DNA of 64,000 nucleotides from an uncultured Verrucomicrobiae bacterium (GTDB taxonomy: Bacteria > Verrucomicrobiota > Verrucomicrobiia > Limisphaerales > UBA11358). The notes beneath the pieces are model-generated. The model was not told where the DNA came from. It saw only the letters and a list, made by a program, of their open reading frames with translations, and made no database searches. Of this stretch, positions 1-9,458 are shown in pieces. The translations under genes and the position numbers were made by a program. The stretch is taken from positions 451 through 64,450 of the forward strand of contig CAWACS010000027.1 in NCBI GenBank assembly GCA_963780535.1, given 5' to 3'. Positions within the stretch are counted from its first letter, which is position 1; every line of letters begins with the position of its first letter.

Positions 1-681
1 GCCAAACTGTGGAATTATTTCGCGGGGCAGCCGCCGTCCGATGAATTGAATGGCGCGCTGGCCGCCGTTTTTCGTGAGAACGGGAACAATTTCAAGCCCT
101 TGCTGCGGATCATGTTCCGCAGTGAGGAGTTTTACGATCCCACCGTGGTTCGCAACCAGGTCAAAAGCCCGGTGCAATGGCTGATCGGCAGCGCGCGAAC
201 ATTGGAATGCGATTTGCCTCCGACTCAGATTTGCGAAGGCATTCTGCGTCAACTGGGCCAGGATTTGTTCGCGCCGCCCAATGTCAAGGGTTGGGACGGC
301 GGCATCTCCTGGATTACCACCACCGCCTTGCTGGACCGCTACAACACCGCCGCCATCCTGGTGCAGGGGGCTGAAATCCCGCGGGCGCGTCTGGAGGCCA
401 TGCAGTCAATGACGGAAATGACCGGCAACCCGTCGGAACCTCAGAATAAGCGGGTTCATATCGGCGGCGTGGACGTGGATAAAATCCTTTCGCCGGATGA
501 GCGTGCGGACAAGTCCCGGCTGGTGGCCGCATTGCAGCACCGGCTGTTGCAGTCGTCGCTTAAGGGCGATCAGGCAAAGGCGTTGGATGACTTTCTCGAC
601 GCGCAGGGCAAATTGAGCGATGCCGACATCCGGGCGGTCATCCGCCTCGTGATGTGCACGCCGGAATACCAGGTAACATGA
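1..681 (+). CDS. DUF1800 family protein, C-terminal part (5' end outside window)
   Basis: Frame is open from base 1 (AKLWNYFAG...). Motifs VKSPVQW, LGQDLFAPPNVKGWDGG and C-terminal PEYQ. Lies directly upstream of a DUF1501 gene, the usual pairing. Confidence 0.85.
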   Translation, partial: AKLWNYFAGQPPSDELNGALAAVFRENGNNFKPLLRIMFRSEEFYDPTVVRNQVKSPVQWLIGSARTLECDLPPTQICEGILRQLGQDLFAPPNVKGWDGGISWITTTALLDRYNTAAILVQGAEIPRARLEAMQSMTEMTGNPSEPQNKRVHIGGVDVDKILSPDERADKSRLVAALQHRLLQSSLKGDQAKALDDFLDAQGKLSDADIRAVIRLVMCTPEYQVT

Positions 682-688
682 AAGCAAT

Positions 689-757
689 TCGTCCTCGTCG
701 TCGTTCTCGTAATCGAATTCCGAAGTTTATCGAGGACGAGAAGGAGGACGAGAACGA
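689..757. repeat. Intergenic imperfect palindrome built from TCGTCC/GAGGAC-type short repeats
   Basis: tcgtcctcgtcgtcgttctcg ... cgaggacgagaaggaggacgagaacga are mutually complementary arms. Confidence 0.55.
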
Positions 758-766
758 TCCAAAATT

Positions 767-2113
767 ATGAAAAACGAAATCACACTCCAAACGCGGCGCC
801 ACTTTCTACGCACCACCGTGCTGGGCAGCGCGCTGACCTGGACGGTCCCGGCGTTTCTCGCCGACACCTTTGCCGCCTTGCACGGCGAGGCGGCCGATGC
901 CACCACGCAAATCGTCACCGGCAAGGACGCGAGCATTCTGGTGGTGCTGCAAATGGCCGGCGGCAACGACGGCATCAACACCGTCGTGCCCTACACCAAC
1001 GATTATTACCGCAATGCCCGCCCCAAGCTCGGCCTGACGGCGCAACAGGTTTTGAGCCTGAACGGCGATATTGGATTTCACAACGCTTTGACCGGGTTCA
1101 AAAATCTTTATGACGCCGGGCATCTGGCGGTGGTCCAGGGTGTCGGTTATCCGAATCCGAACCGCTCACATTTCCGCTCGTCGGAAATCTGGCAGACCGC
1201 CAGCGACGCGGACAAGGTGGAGAAATACGGCTGGCTCGGGCGGTATTTCGACAACGCCTGCACGGGCTGCGACCCGACCGTTGGCGTGGACATTGGCGGC
1301 CAGATGCCGCAATCTTTTTATGCCCAAACCCCCACCGGCATCAGCCTCGCCAACCCGCAAAGCTACCGGTTTATGTCTCCCGGACGCTACCGGCCCGGCC
1401 AGGTGGATTTGCTGGAGGAATCGTACGAAAAAATGAATGAGATGCCGGATGCCGCGGATGCCGCGCCTGACGTGAACTCCGGAGGCAGCATCGGCGCGCT
1501 CGCCGCCGGCATGCCGCAACCCGGCGGCTCCGTGCTGCATTTCATCGAGCGCACCGCGCTCGATGCGCAGATGAGTTCCGACCAGATCCGCGCCATCGTT
1601 GCGCGCGTGAAAAACCAGGTGCCGTATCCCACAACCAAACTTGCCGGGGACCTCAAGCTGGTCGCCCAATTGATTGCCGGCGGCCTGCCCACGCGGGTTT
1701 ATTACGTTTCCCAGGGCGGCTATGATACGCATGTCAATCAAGCGGGCACGCAGCAGCGGCTGCTCAAGGAACTGGGGGACGCCGTCAACGCCTTTGTGGG
1801 TGATTTGAAGGCGCAGGGCAATTTGCAGCGCGTGCTGGTGATGACCTTCAGTGAATTCGGCCGGCGCGTGACCGAAAACGCCAATGGCGGCACCGATCAC
1901 GGCGCCGCGGCGCCGTTGTTCGTCATCGGTGACAAGGTCAAGGCGGGGATGCTCGGGCGTTATCCAAGCCTGGCGCCGCAGGATTTATTCGAGGGCGACA
2001 TCAAATACAACGTGGACTTTCGCAGTGTCTATGCCGGCGTGCTGGAAGGCTGGCTCAAGACCAGGAGCGCGCCAATCCTCGGCCGCCAGTTCGAGCCGCT
2101 GCAACTGGTTTAA
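767..2113 (+). CDS. DUF1501 family protein with Tat signal
   Basis: TRRHFL twin-arginine motif; GGNDGINTVVP, PNRSHF, GGYDTH and SEFGRR..NANGGTDHG motifs. Confidence 0.88.
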   Translation: MKNEITLQTRRHFLRTTVLGSALTWTVPAFLADTFAALHGEAADATTQIVTGKDASILVVLQMAGGNDGINTVVPYTNDYYRNARPKLGLTAQQVLSLNGDIGFHNALTGFKNLYDAGHLAVVQGVGYPNPNRSHFRSSEIWQTASDADKVEKYGWLGRYFDNACTGCDPTVGVDIGGQMPQSFYAQTPTGISLANPQSYRFMSPGRYRPGQVDLLEESYEKMNEMPDAADAAPDVNSGGSIGALAAGMPQPGGSVLHFIERTALDAQMSSDQIRAIVARVKNQVPYPTTKLAGDLKLVAQLIAGGLPTRVYYVSQGGYDTHVNQAGTQQRLLKELGDAVNAFVGDLKAQGNLQRVLVMTFSEFGRRVTENANGGTDHGAAAPLFVIGDKVKAGMLGRYPSLAPQDLFEGDIKYNVDFRSVYAGVLEGWLKTRSAPILGRQFEPLQLV

Positions 2114-2119
2114 CCGCGA

Positions 2120-3154
2120 TTATTCCTGACTCTTCGGCGCGGCGACGGCCTTGGGCGGCGCGGTGCTTTTGCGTTCGATGAGTTCGGCGGTCAAACGTTT
2201 GGTTTCCACCGGCTGGCCGCGCAGCAGGCTGGTCATCATGTCCATGGCCGCCATGGCGAGCCGGAATTTGGGCTGGCGGATGGTGGTCAGCGGGACGCGG
2301 AAATATTCCGCCGTCAGCACGTTGCCGAAACCGACGAGGGAAATGTCCTCGGGGATGCGCAGGCCCTGGGAAAGGAGCGTTTCCGCGCAGCCGATGGCCA
2401 CGAGGTCGTTGACGGCCTGCACGGCGGTCGCATTGCAGGATTCGTTGAGCATTTGCAACGCGGCCTTGGTGCCGTCTTCAATCGTGCTGCCGGCCTGAAA
2501 CACCAGCCGGTCATCCACGTCCAGATTGGCGTCGCGCAACGCGTGCCGATAGCCTTCAAAGCGGTCATGGGCCCACGGCGCCGATTGCGGGCCGGTGAGG
2601 TAGGCGATGCGTTGGTGGCCGAGTTTCAGCAGATGTTGCGTGGCGCTGGCGCTGGCGGCGAGTTCCTCGACCTCCACGCTGGGAAACAGTTTGCAAAACG
2701 GCGCGGGCGGACCGAGCAGGATCGTCGGGATTTTGCGCGCGGCCAGCTCCACATAAATCCTGGCCTCGGCTTCAAAGCGATAAACGGGCGAAATAAAAAA
2801 TCCGTCCACGCGCCGCGACATCATGCGCCGGATGCAGGTTTCCTCGCGCGCCGGGATGTTGTGCGTATGCGCCAGCAGGATGTCATAGCCGAGCTCGTGC
2901 GCGCGTTCTTCGAGGGCAAAGACGATGCGCGCGTAAATGGGGTTGGTGATGGCGGGAATGACCAGGCCAAAGAGCTTGGTGGTGCGCGTGCGCAGGCCCT
3001 GCGCGGTGGAATCGGGCACGTAGCCCATTTGCTGCGCCAATTGTTTGATGCGTGCCTTGGTGGCGGCAGAAACGTCCGGCTCGTTGCGCAGCGCTTTCGA
3101 GACGGTCATCACGGAAACACCGGCGTATTGGGCGATGTCCTTTAAGCGTACCAT
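2120..3154 (-). CDS. LacI family transcriptional regulator
   Basis: N-terminal HTH LKDIAQYAGVSVMTVSKAL followed by a sugar-binding domain (IPEDISLVGF, PLTTIRQP). Confidence 0.93.
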   Translation of the reverse strand: MVRLKDIAQYAGVSVMTVSKALRNEPDVSAATKARIKQLAQQMGYVPDSTAQGLRTRTTKLFGLVIPAITNPIYARIVFALEERAHELGYDILLAHTHNIPAREETCIRRMMSRRVDGFFISPVYRFEAEARIYVELAARKIPTILLGPPAPFCKLFPSVEVEELAASASATQHLLKLGHQRIAYLTGPQSAPWAHDRFEGYRHALRDANLDVDDRLVFQAGSTIEDGTKAALQMLNESCNATAVQAVNDLVAIGCAETLLSQGLRIPEDISLVGFGNVLTAEYFRVPLTTIRQPKFRLAMAAMDMMTSLLRGQPVETKRLTAELIERKSTAPPKAVAAPKSQE

Positions 3155-3249
3155 AATCAGCAGGCAGAGGGCAGCAGGCAGAAGGCAGAACCGAAAAGGA
3201 TTCGGTGAAGCCTTCTGAAAGTTTCTTCATTCTTCATTCTTCCTTTAGT

Positions 3250-4092
3250 TCAGACATAAGCACCGCGCCATTGCAGTTTGCGGCGGAGGGTTTCCAGAAA
3301 TGAACTGCCCGCCAGATGCATCAAACGGACCGCGCGGCGGCTGCGGCGAATCGTGACTTCATCGCCCAGGTCGAGTTCGGCGACCACCTCGCCGTCCACA
3401 CTCAGAATGGTCGCGGGCATGGGGTTGGCGGCCTTGACGCGAATGGTTGAAGTCATCGGAAAAATGAGTGAACGGTTGGACAACGCATGCGGGCAAATCG
3501 GCGTAAGCGCGAAAACTTCCGCCGTGGGAAAGACCACCGCGCCGCCGGCCGACAACGAATAAGCCGTGGAACCGGTCGGCGAACTGACAATGAGGCCGTC
3601 GCAGCGGTAATGGGTGACAAGTTCGCCATCCACACTAACGTCCAGTCCGATGAGGCGTGAAACGGCGCCGCGCCCGATAACGATGTCATTGAGCGCCATT
3701 TCATGAACGGGCTGGCCGTGGCAACGTCCGGTCACTTCGAGCAGGGCGCGGGATTCGTATTTAAATTCCCCGTGCCAAATGTGATTCAGCGCGCGGGGCA
3801 GTTCGTCCGATGGCACGGCGGTGAGAAAGCCGAGGCCGCCGATGTTGATGCCGAGCAGGGGGGTGGCGGAACCGGCAATCTCGCGGGCGGCGCGCAACAT
3901 GGTGCCATCACCGCCAAACACGAGCAGCAAATCCACTTCACGCGCCAGCGCGGCGGTGTCCGGGTGGATGACCGGCTTGCGCCCGGCGCGCGAAATCTGG
4001 CGCGCGGCCTTGCGGACGATGCCGGCGCAGGCGGTCTTGCCGGTGTTGCCGATGAGACCGATGCGTTTGATTCTGTCAGCGTGTCTTTTCAA
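3250..4092 (-). CDS. nadK: NAD(+) kinase
   Basis: GGDGT, LND and DGLIVSSPTGSTAYSLSAGG motifs; downstream of tlyA as is common. Confidence 0.93.
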   Translation of the reverse strand: MKRHADRIKRIGLIGNTGKTACAGIVRKAARQISRAGRKPVIHPDTAALAREVDLLLVFGGDGTMLRAAREIAGSATPLLGINIGGLGFLTAVPSDELPRALNHIWHGEFKYESRALLEVTGRCHGQPVHEMALNDIVIGRGAVSRLIGLDVSVDGELVTHYRCDGLIVSSPTGSTAYSLSAGGAVVFPTAEVFALTPICPHALSNRSLIFPMTSTIRVKAANPMPATILSVDGEVVAELDLGDEVTIRRSRRAVRLMHLAGSSFLETLRRKLQWRGAYV

Positions 4093-4819
4093 TCAGCACC
4101 AAAAATTCCTTGTTGCCGGCGGGACCGAGCAATGGCGATTCAACCACGCCATGCCAGCTCAAGCCGGGTTGCGCGCCGGCGAACTCGCGCAATTCCTTCA
4201 GCACCCGCTCATGCACCGCCGGATCGCTGATGACGCCGCGGCCCCTGTCGGCCTCGGCTTTGCCGGCTTCAAACTGTGGTTTGACGAGCGCAATCATTCT
4301 GCCTTTTGGCTTCAATAAAGCAATGGCGGCCGGCAGAATTTTTTGCAGCGAAATGAAGGAGCAATCCATGACCGCCAGGTCGGCCGGCACAAACGGCTGC
4401 GGAAAGTGAGCGGCGGTCAGATGCCGCGCGTTGGTTTTTTCCATGACTTCGACGCGTCGGTCCTGCCGGAGTTTCCAGGCGAGCTGGCCCTGGCCGACGT
4501 CCACGGCGAAGATTTTGGCGGCGCCGTGCTGGAGCAGACAGTCGGTGAAACCGCCGGTGGAGGCGCCGAGGTCGAGGGCGACCAGTCCGGTCACGTCCAA
4601 GTGGAAGTGGCGCAGGGCGTGTTCCAACTTGTGGCCGCCCCGGCTGACATATTTTTCGCCGGCGGCCAGGGTGAGGGTGTCGTCCGTCCGGACCGCGTCA
4701 CCGGGTTTGTGGGCAAGCTGGGTGTTGACGCGAACTTGTCCGGCGAGGATGGCGCGTTTGGCGCGTTCGCGGCTTTCGCAAAGGCCGCGGTCAACCAGGG
4801 CTTGGTCGAGGCGAATCAT
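4076..4819 (-). CDS. tlyA: TlyA family rRNA 2'-O-methyltransferase
   Basis: S4 domain RLD...SRERA; YVSRGGHKL, DLGASTGGFTD, KPQFEAG and GNKEFL motifs. Confidence 0.93.
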   Translation of the reverse strand: MIRLDQALVDRGLCESRERAKRAILAGQVRVNTQLAHKPGDAVRTDDTLTLAAGEKYVSRGGHKLEHALRHFHLDVTGLVALDLGASTGGFTDCLLQHGAAKIFAVDVGQGQLAWKLRQDRRVEVMEKTNARHLTAAHFPQPFVPADLAVMDCSFISLQKILPAAIALLKPKGRMIALVKPQFEAGKAEADRGRGVISDPAVHERVLKELREFAGAQPGLSWHGVVESPLLGPAGNKEFLVLIEKTR

Positions 4820-4857
4820 TAAAAGGGCGGCGGAAAAATATCAGGAACCCGCGGGCA

Positions 4858-5331
4858 TCACAAGCGATTGCCGGAGGTGTAGAGGCGATTTTGGACTTCG
4901 CGGAAGCTGTGGAGGAAGAGCGCGTTGTCCGCCACGGTCTTTTCGACGAGTTGTTTGAGCAGAAACATTTCGGCGCTGTTGATGACGGCATGCACGCTCT
5001 GCTTGAACGCCTCCATGGGCATGAACGTCTGGAACGAATTGCCGAGCAGAACAATGGTGGCATGCCGGCGCTGGTTGACGGGCATGTTTTGCAGCGCCGT
5101 CAGGGTCAGGTTTTCCTCGATGGCGTTCGCGCCGAACAATTCCTCGATGACGACCACCTGGTAATGCACCTGGGTGAAGCGCACCAGGAAGTCGCTGTGC
5201 GTGGCGGCGGTATGAACTTTATAGCCCAGTTCGGCCAGGGCGACTTTGGCGGTTTCGAGCCAATCCGGCGTGGAAAAGGCAATCAACGCCGGTTTGTCCT
5301 CCGTGCTGATAAAATCAAAAGAGCCAGGCAT
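4858..5331 (-). CDS. Hypothetical protein, degenerate receiver-like fold, in the pilT operon
   Basis: 157-aa ORF packed directly behind the PilT pair; receiver-like alternation without a clear phospho-acceptor (inference). Confidence 0.55.
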   Translation of the reverse strand: MPGSFDFISTEDKPALIAFSTPDWLETAKVALAELGYKVHTAATHSDFLVRFTQVHYQVVVIEELFGANAIEENLTLTALQNMPVNQRRHATIVLLGNSFQTFMPMEAFKQSVHAVINSAEMFLLKQLVEKTVADNALFLHSFREVQNRLYTSGNRL

Positions 5332-5334
5332 AGG

Positions 5335-6519
5335 TCATTTCAGTTTAAGCACCGGGGGCGCCGCGTGTTCAAAGGCCTTCATGCGCAGGGAGCCGGCCGT
5401 GGAGGCCATATCCCCGCGGGTTTTTTTGATGCCATCAATGCCGCGCGTGATCACGCTGCGTTTGGTGCAATAGAGCAGGGCGGTTTCCTCGCTGATGTGT
5501 CCGTGTTCGTAGGCATCCAGGCAGGCCTGGTCGAAGGTGCGCCAGCCGAACGTGGCGCTGGCCTCGATGATTTCGTAAAAGGTTTTTCCCTCGCTCTCGC
5601 CAAGGCGGATGGCCTCCTGCGTGCGGAGGTTGGACCCCATCATTTCAATGAGCGCGAACCGCCCGCCGCCGATTTGGGGCACGAGCCGCTGGCTGACCAC
5701 ACAGCGCAGCGAATCCGCCAGACGGATGCGAATTTGTTCCTGCTCTTCCGGATCGAACATGCCCAGAATACGGTTGATCGTTTCGCCGGCGTTGACGGTG
5801 TGCAGCGTGCTGAGAACCAAATGGCCGGTTTCCGCAGCGCTCAAGGCAATTTTGACGGTTTCCTGGTCCCGCATTTCGCCGACCAGAATGACCTTGGGCG
5901 CCTGACGCAACGCCGCGCGCAAGCCATTTGCGTAACTGTCGAAATCAATGCCCAGTTCACGTTGATTAAACGTCGCCCGCATGTGCTTGTGAACATATTC
6001 CACCGGGTCTTCCAAGGTGACGATATGGACGGGCTTGTCGCGGTTGACCTCATTGAGAATGGCGGCCAGCGTGGTGGATTTGCCGGAACCGGTGGCGCCG
6101 GTGACAAGCACCAGGCCGGTCTTTTCCTTGGGGATCTCCTTGAAAATCTCCGGTAATTTCAATTGCGTCAGCGTGGGAATCGTCGCGTTCAACTGGCGGC
6201 AGACAATGGAGAAATTTCCGCGTTGCGAGAAAATATTGATGCGGAAGCGTGCCTGGTCCGACAGGGTATAGGAGGCGTCACAGGAACCGTGTCGCAGCAG
6301 GTCTTCAATGTGCCAGAGATTATCGCCAATGATATTCAGGGCGATCATCTCGACCTGATACGGTGTGAGTTTTTCGATCGGCGGGTCGAACGTCACCGGT
6401 TTAAGTTCGCCGTAAGCTTCCACCTGGGGCGGGCGGTCCACGGTGAACAGCAAATCCGACACCTCCGGTTGGGAGGCCAGCATGGTGGTCAGCATTTGGT
6501 CCAGTTCGGCGCGGCGCAT
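5335..6519 (-). CDS. pilT: PilT/PilU family type IV pilus retraction ATPase
   Basis: Walker A GATGSGKST, TLEDPVE, ALRQAPKVILVGEMRD and GHLVLSTLHT. Confidence 0.9.
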   Translation of the reverse strand: MRRAELDQMLTTMLASQPEVSDLLFTVDRPPQVEAYGELKPVTFDPPIEKLTPYQVEMIALNIIGDNLWHIEDLLRHGSCDASYTLSDQARFRINIFSQRGNFSIVCRQLNATIPTLTQLKLPEIFKEIPKEKTGLVLVTGATGSGKSTTLAAILNEVNRDKPVHIVTLEDPVEYVHKHMRATFNQRELGIDFDSYANGLRAALRQAPKVILVGEMRDQETVKIALSAAETGHLVLSTLHTVNAGETINRILGMFDPEEQEQIRIRLADSLRCVVSQRLVPQIGGGRFALIEMMGSNLRTQEAIRLGESEGKTFYEIIEASATFGWRTFDQACLDAYEHGHISEETALLYCTKRSVITRGIDGIKKTRGDMASTAGSLRMKAFEHAAPPVLKLK

Positions 6520-6521
6520 AG

Positions 6522-7619
6522 TTACAGGGTGTCTTCGTCATCCGGCGGATGGGCCAGCAGCGGGCGGAATTTCTTTTTATCCAGCGATTTCTCGTAGGCT
6601 TCCTCGGGCGAAATGCGTTTCATGCGCACATGCTCCATGATGTGGTCGTCCAGCGGCTGGTTGCCGATTTTTTTGCCCACCTGGATCATGCCGTTGATTT
6701 GATGCGTCTTGCCCTCGCGCACCAGATTGGCCACGGCGGTGTTGAAAACCAGAATCTCAAATGCGGCCACGCGGCCCTTTTTGTCGGTGCGTTTGAACAG
6801 CGTTTGCGCCACCACCCCCTTCAACGCCTCGGAAAGCGTCTGGCGGATTTTGTTTTGCTGCTCGGCCGGGAAGACGTTGATGACGCGGTCCACGGTCTTG
6901 GCCGCGCTCTGCGTATGCAGGGTGCCGAACACCAGGTGGCCGGTCGCGGCGGCGGTGATGGCCAGTTCGATGGTCTCCAAATCGCGCATTTCACCGACGA
7001 GCACGATGTCCGGGTCTTCGCGCAGCGCGCCGCGGAGTCCCGAGGCAAAGGATTTGGTGTGCAGACCGGTTTCCCGATGGTTGACCAGGCAATTCTTGCT
7101 TTCGTGGACGAATTCGATCGGGTCTTCCAGCGTGATGATGTGGTCCTTGCGATTGGTGTTGCAGTAATCGACCATCGCCGCCAGCGTGGTGGATTTGCCG
7201 GAGCCGGTCGGCCCGGTGACGAGGACGAGGCCACGGTGCAGCATGCAGAACTTTTTGAGCACGGGCGGCAGCGGCGCCTCCAGTTTTTCAAAATCCTCGA
7301 AGGAGAGGACGCGGCTGGGAATCTGCCGGAACACGGCGCCCACGCCGTTTTTCTGGTTGAAGAAATTGACACGGAAACGCGAGACGTTGGGGATCTCGTA
7401 GCCGAAGTCCACGTCGCCGGTTTCCTCGAACTGTTTGATTTTGTAATCCGGCGCAATTTCGTAGAGCATGCCCTTGAGCACGTCGCTCTCAAGCGGTGGA
7501 AAATCCACGCGCTGAAGTTCGCCGTTGATGCGCAACATGGGCGGGTTGCCGGAGGCCATGTGCAGGTCGGACGCCTTCTGTTCGAACATCAAATTGAAAA
7601 ACGCATCGATTTTGGCCAT
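6522..7619 (-). CDS. pilT: Type IV pilus twitching motility ATPase PilT
   Basis: GPTGSGKST, TLEDPIE, LREDPDIVLVGEMRD, GHLVFGTLHT and an AIRNLIRE-like AVANLVRE motif. Confidence 0.93.
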   Translation of the reverse strand: MAKIDAFFNLMFEQKASDLHMASGNPPMLRINGELQRVDFPPLESDVLKGMLYEIAPDYKIKQFEETGDVDFGYEIPNVSRFRVNFFNQKNGVGAVFRQIPSRVLSFEDFEKLEAPLPPVLKKFCMLHRGLVLVTGPTGSGKSTTLAAMVDYCNTNRKDHIITLEDPIEFVHESKNCLVNHRETGLHTKSFASGLRGALREDPDIVLVGEMRDLETIELAITAAATGHLVFGTLHTQSAAKTVDRVINVFPAEQQNKIRQTLSEALKGVVAQTLFKRTDKKGRVAAFEILVFNTAVANLVREGKTHQINGMIQVGKKIGNQPLDDHIMEHVRMKRISPEEAYEKSLDKKKFRPLLAHPPDDEDTL

Positions 7620-7672
7620 ATAGTCAGTTCTCTTGCGCGCACAATAAGCTAGAGCCGCGCCAAATACAAAAA

Positions 7673-8866
7673 ATGCGACCCTTGATTGAACTTATCCGGC
7701 GCGAAATTATCGCGCAGGGGGTTTTGTCTTTTGCGCGGTTCATGGAGCTGGCCCTGTATTGTCCAGATTATGGATATTACGAAGCAAAAAAAGACAATCC
7801 CGGACGGCGCGGCGACTTTTTTACCAGCGTCAGCGTCGGCGAATTGTTTGGGGAGCTCCTCGCCTTCCAGTTCGCCGAATGGCTTGAGACAGAAATCGGA
7901 GGTCGGCCGTCGGAAGTCAGGATTATCGAGGCGGGGGCGCATGACGGAACCCTGGCCGGGGACATTTTGAACTGGTTGCAACGGGCGCGGCCGGAATTGT
8001 TTGAGCGGATCGAATACGGCATCATTGAACCGTCGCTTCGCCGGCAGGAATGGCAGAGGGAAAAACTGGGGAAGTTCGCGCCGCGCGTCCGCTGGTTTGC
8101 TGATTTGAAACGCCTGGCGCGGGCCGCCCGCCACACGTCCCGGCACGAAGTGATTTTTTCCAACGAACTGCTCGATGCCATGCCGGTGCGCCGTTTCGGC
8201 TGGGACGCCACCGCCAAGGCATGGTTTGAATGGGGCGTCGCCCTCGAAGGTGAAAAATTCGTCTGGGCGAAGCTTCCATGCACCCTCGCCCCGCAGAGCG
8301 GGGAGAGGGCCGGGGCGAGGGGTGCGTTTGAAAATCTTCCATCTTCACCCGGATTGCTCGCGGTGCTTCCCGACGGGTACACCATTGAGACGTGTCCTGC
8401 CGCGGAAAACTGGTGGCGCGAGGCCGCGGGTGTTTTGAAACGTGGCCGGTTGATGACGCTGGATTACGGCCTGGGCGCCGGCGAATTATTTTCTCCAAGC
8501 CGTCCGGGCGGCACGCTGCGCGCCTATTTCCGCCAGCACGTGGTCGGCGACCTCCTCGCCAACGCCGGCGAACAGGACATCACGGCGCACGTCAATTTCC
8601 AGGCCATCCAGGCCGCCGGGGAATCCGCCGGATTGGCGACGGAAAGTTTTTCGACCCAGGCGCAATTTCTGACGCGAATTTTGGAAAGAGCCGTCAAAGA
8701 CAAATCCTTTGGCGAACCTGTCGCGTCGAAGCGCCTCGTTTCGCCGGAGTCTGGCGGAGGCGGAAGCGGAGACGGATGGAACGTTTCCCGTACGCGCCAG
8801 TTCCAAACCCTCACGCACCCGGAGCACCTGGGCCGGGCTTTTCGTGTTTTGATTCAATCACGATAA
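7673..8866 (+). CDS. SAM-dependent methyltransferase, MidA/NDUFAF7 family
   Basis: FARFMELALY..GYY, GDFFTS, EAGAHDGTLA, SNELLDAMP, DYG and QDITAHVNF motifs. Confidence 0.9.
   Translation: MRPLIELIRREIIAQGVLSFARFMELALYCPDYGYYEAKKDNPGRRGDFFTSVSVGELFGELLAFQFAEWLETEIGGRPSEVRIIEAGAHDGTLAGDILNWLQRARPELFERIEYGIIEPSLRRQEWQREKLGKFAPRVRWFADLKRLARAARHTSRHEVIFSNELLDAMPVRRFGWDATAKAWFEWGVALEGEKFVWAKLPCTLAPQSGERAGARGAFENLPSSPGLLAVLPDGYTIETCPAAENWWREAAGVLKRGRLMTLDYGLGAGELFSPSRPGGTLRAYFRQHVVGDLLANAGEQDITAHVNFQAIQAAGESAGLATESFSTQAQFLTRILERAVKDKSFGEPVASKRLVSPESGGGGSGDGWNVSRTRQFQTLTHPEHLGRAFRVLIQSR
8283..8321. repeat. REP-like palindromic element inside the methyltransferase CDS (degenerate relative at 8874-8914)
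   Basis: CCCTCGCCCCG (8283-8293) and CGGGGCGAGGG (8311-8321) are perfect inverted arms; translated in frame as TLAPQSGERAGARG. Confidence 0.65.
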
Positions 8867-8975
8867 GGTTATTCCTCTCCGCCTCGAACGGGGAGAGGAG
8901 TTAAAAGTGAGGTGTAGAGGGCTGTTAGATGCCATCTTTTCCTCGAATGGAACAATCTTGAACGGCGGCGAAGCC

Positions 8976-9069
8976 GGATTAGCGGCGGGTTGGCGTGTGT
9001 GGCGGTCGCAGGGTAGGGAAATGGCTAAACACTTGAATCGAGCCACACACGCCAACCCGCCGCTAATCC
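8976..9069. repeat. Perfect 28-bp inverted repeat (38-nt loop) abutting the terminal CRISPR repeat
   Basis: GGATTAGCGGCGGGTTGGCGTGTGTGGC (8976-9003) is the exact reverse complement of 9042-9069. Confidence 0.92.
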
Positions 9070-9458
9070 CGCCTCACAATTCCTGAATTCGCGCCGACTG
9101 AAGCTTCGCGCGAAGTAAAGCAAACAGAAAACAACAATCCGCCTCACAATTCCTGAATTCGCGCCGACTGAAGCCGTCGGCCAGTCCATTACGAAACTCA
9201 CCATCACTCCGCCTCACAATTCCTGAATTCGCGCCGACTGAAGCCGCCAGGCCCATGTTGGCGTTAGACAGGGCCGCGTTCCGCCTCACAATTCCTGAAT
9301 TCGCGCCGACTGAAGCGTAAAAAGCCACGTTCGGCGGGTTGTTGCCCTTTTCCGCCTCACAATTCCTGAATTCGCGCCGACTGAAGCAAGACCGTCCAGC
9401 GCAAGAACGTCGCCAACCTCATCCGCCTCACAATTCCTGAATTCGCGCCGACTGAAGC
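9069..9458 (-). CRISPR. CRISPR array, 6 repeats and 5 spacers (type V-B associated)
   Basis: Identical 36-bp repeat, minus strand GCTTCAGTCGGCGCGAATTCAGGAATTGTGAGGCGG, at 9069, 9139, 9209, 9281, 9352 and 9423. Spacers are 34, 34, 36, 35 and 35 bp. Five of six repeats share one further base. Orientation inferred from cas gene strand, leader position and tracr G:U pairing. Confidence 0.98.

Noticed and set aside
3930-4000. Apparently short N-terminal segment in the NAD kinase (possible deletion)
   Set aside because: This region is naturally variable and all catalytic motifs are intact; it cannot be supported without an alignment.
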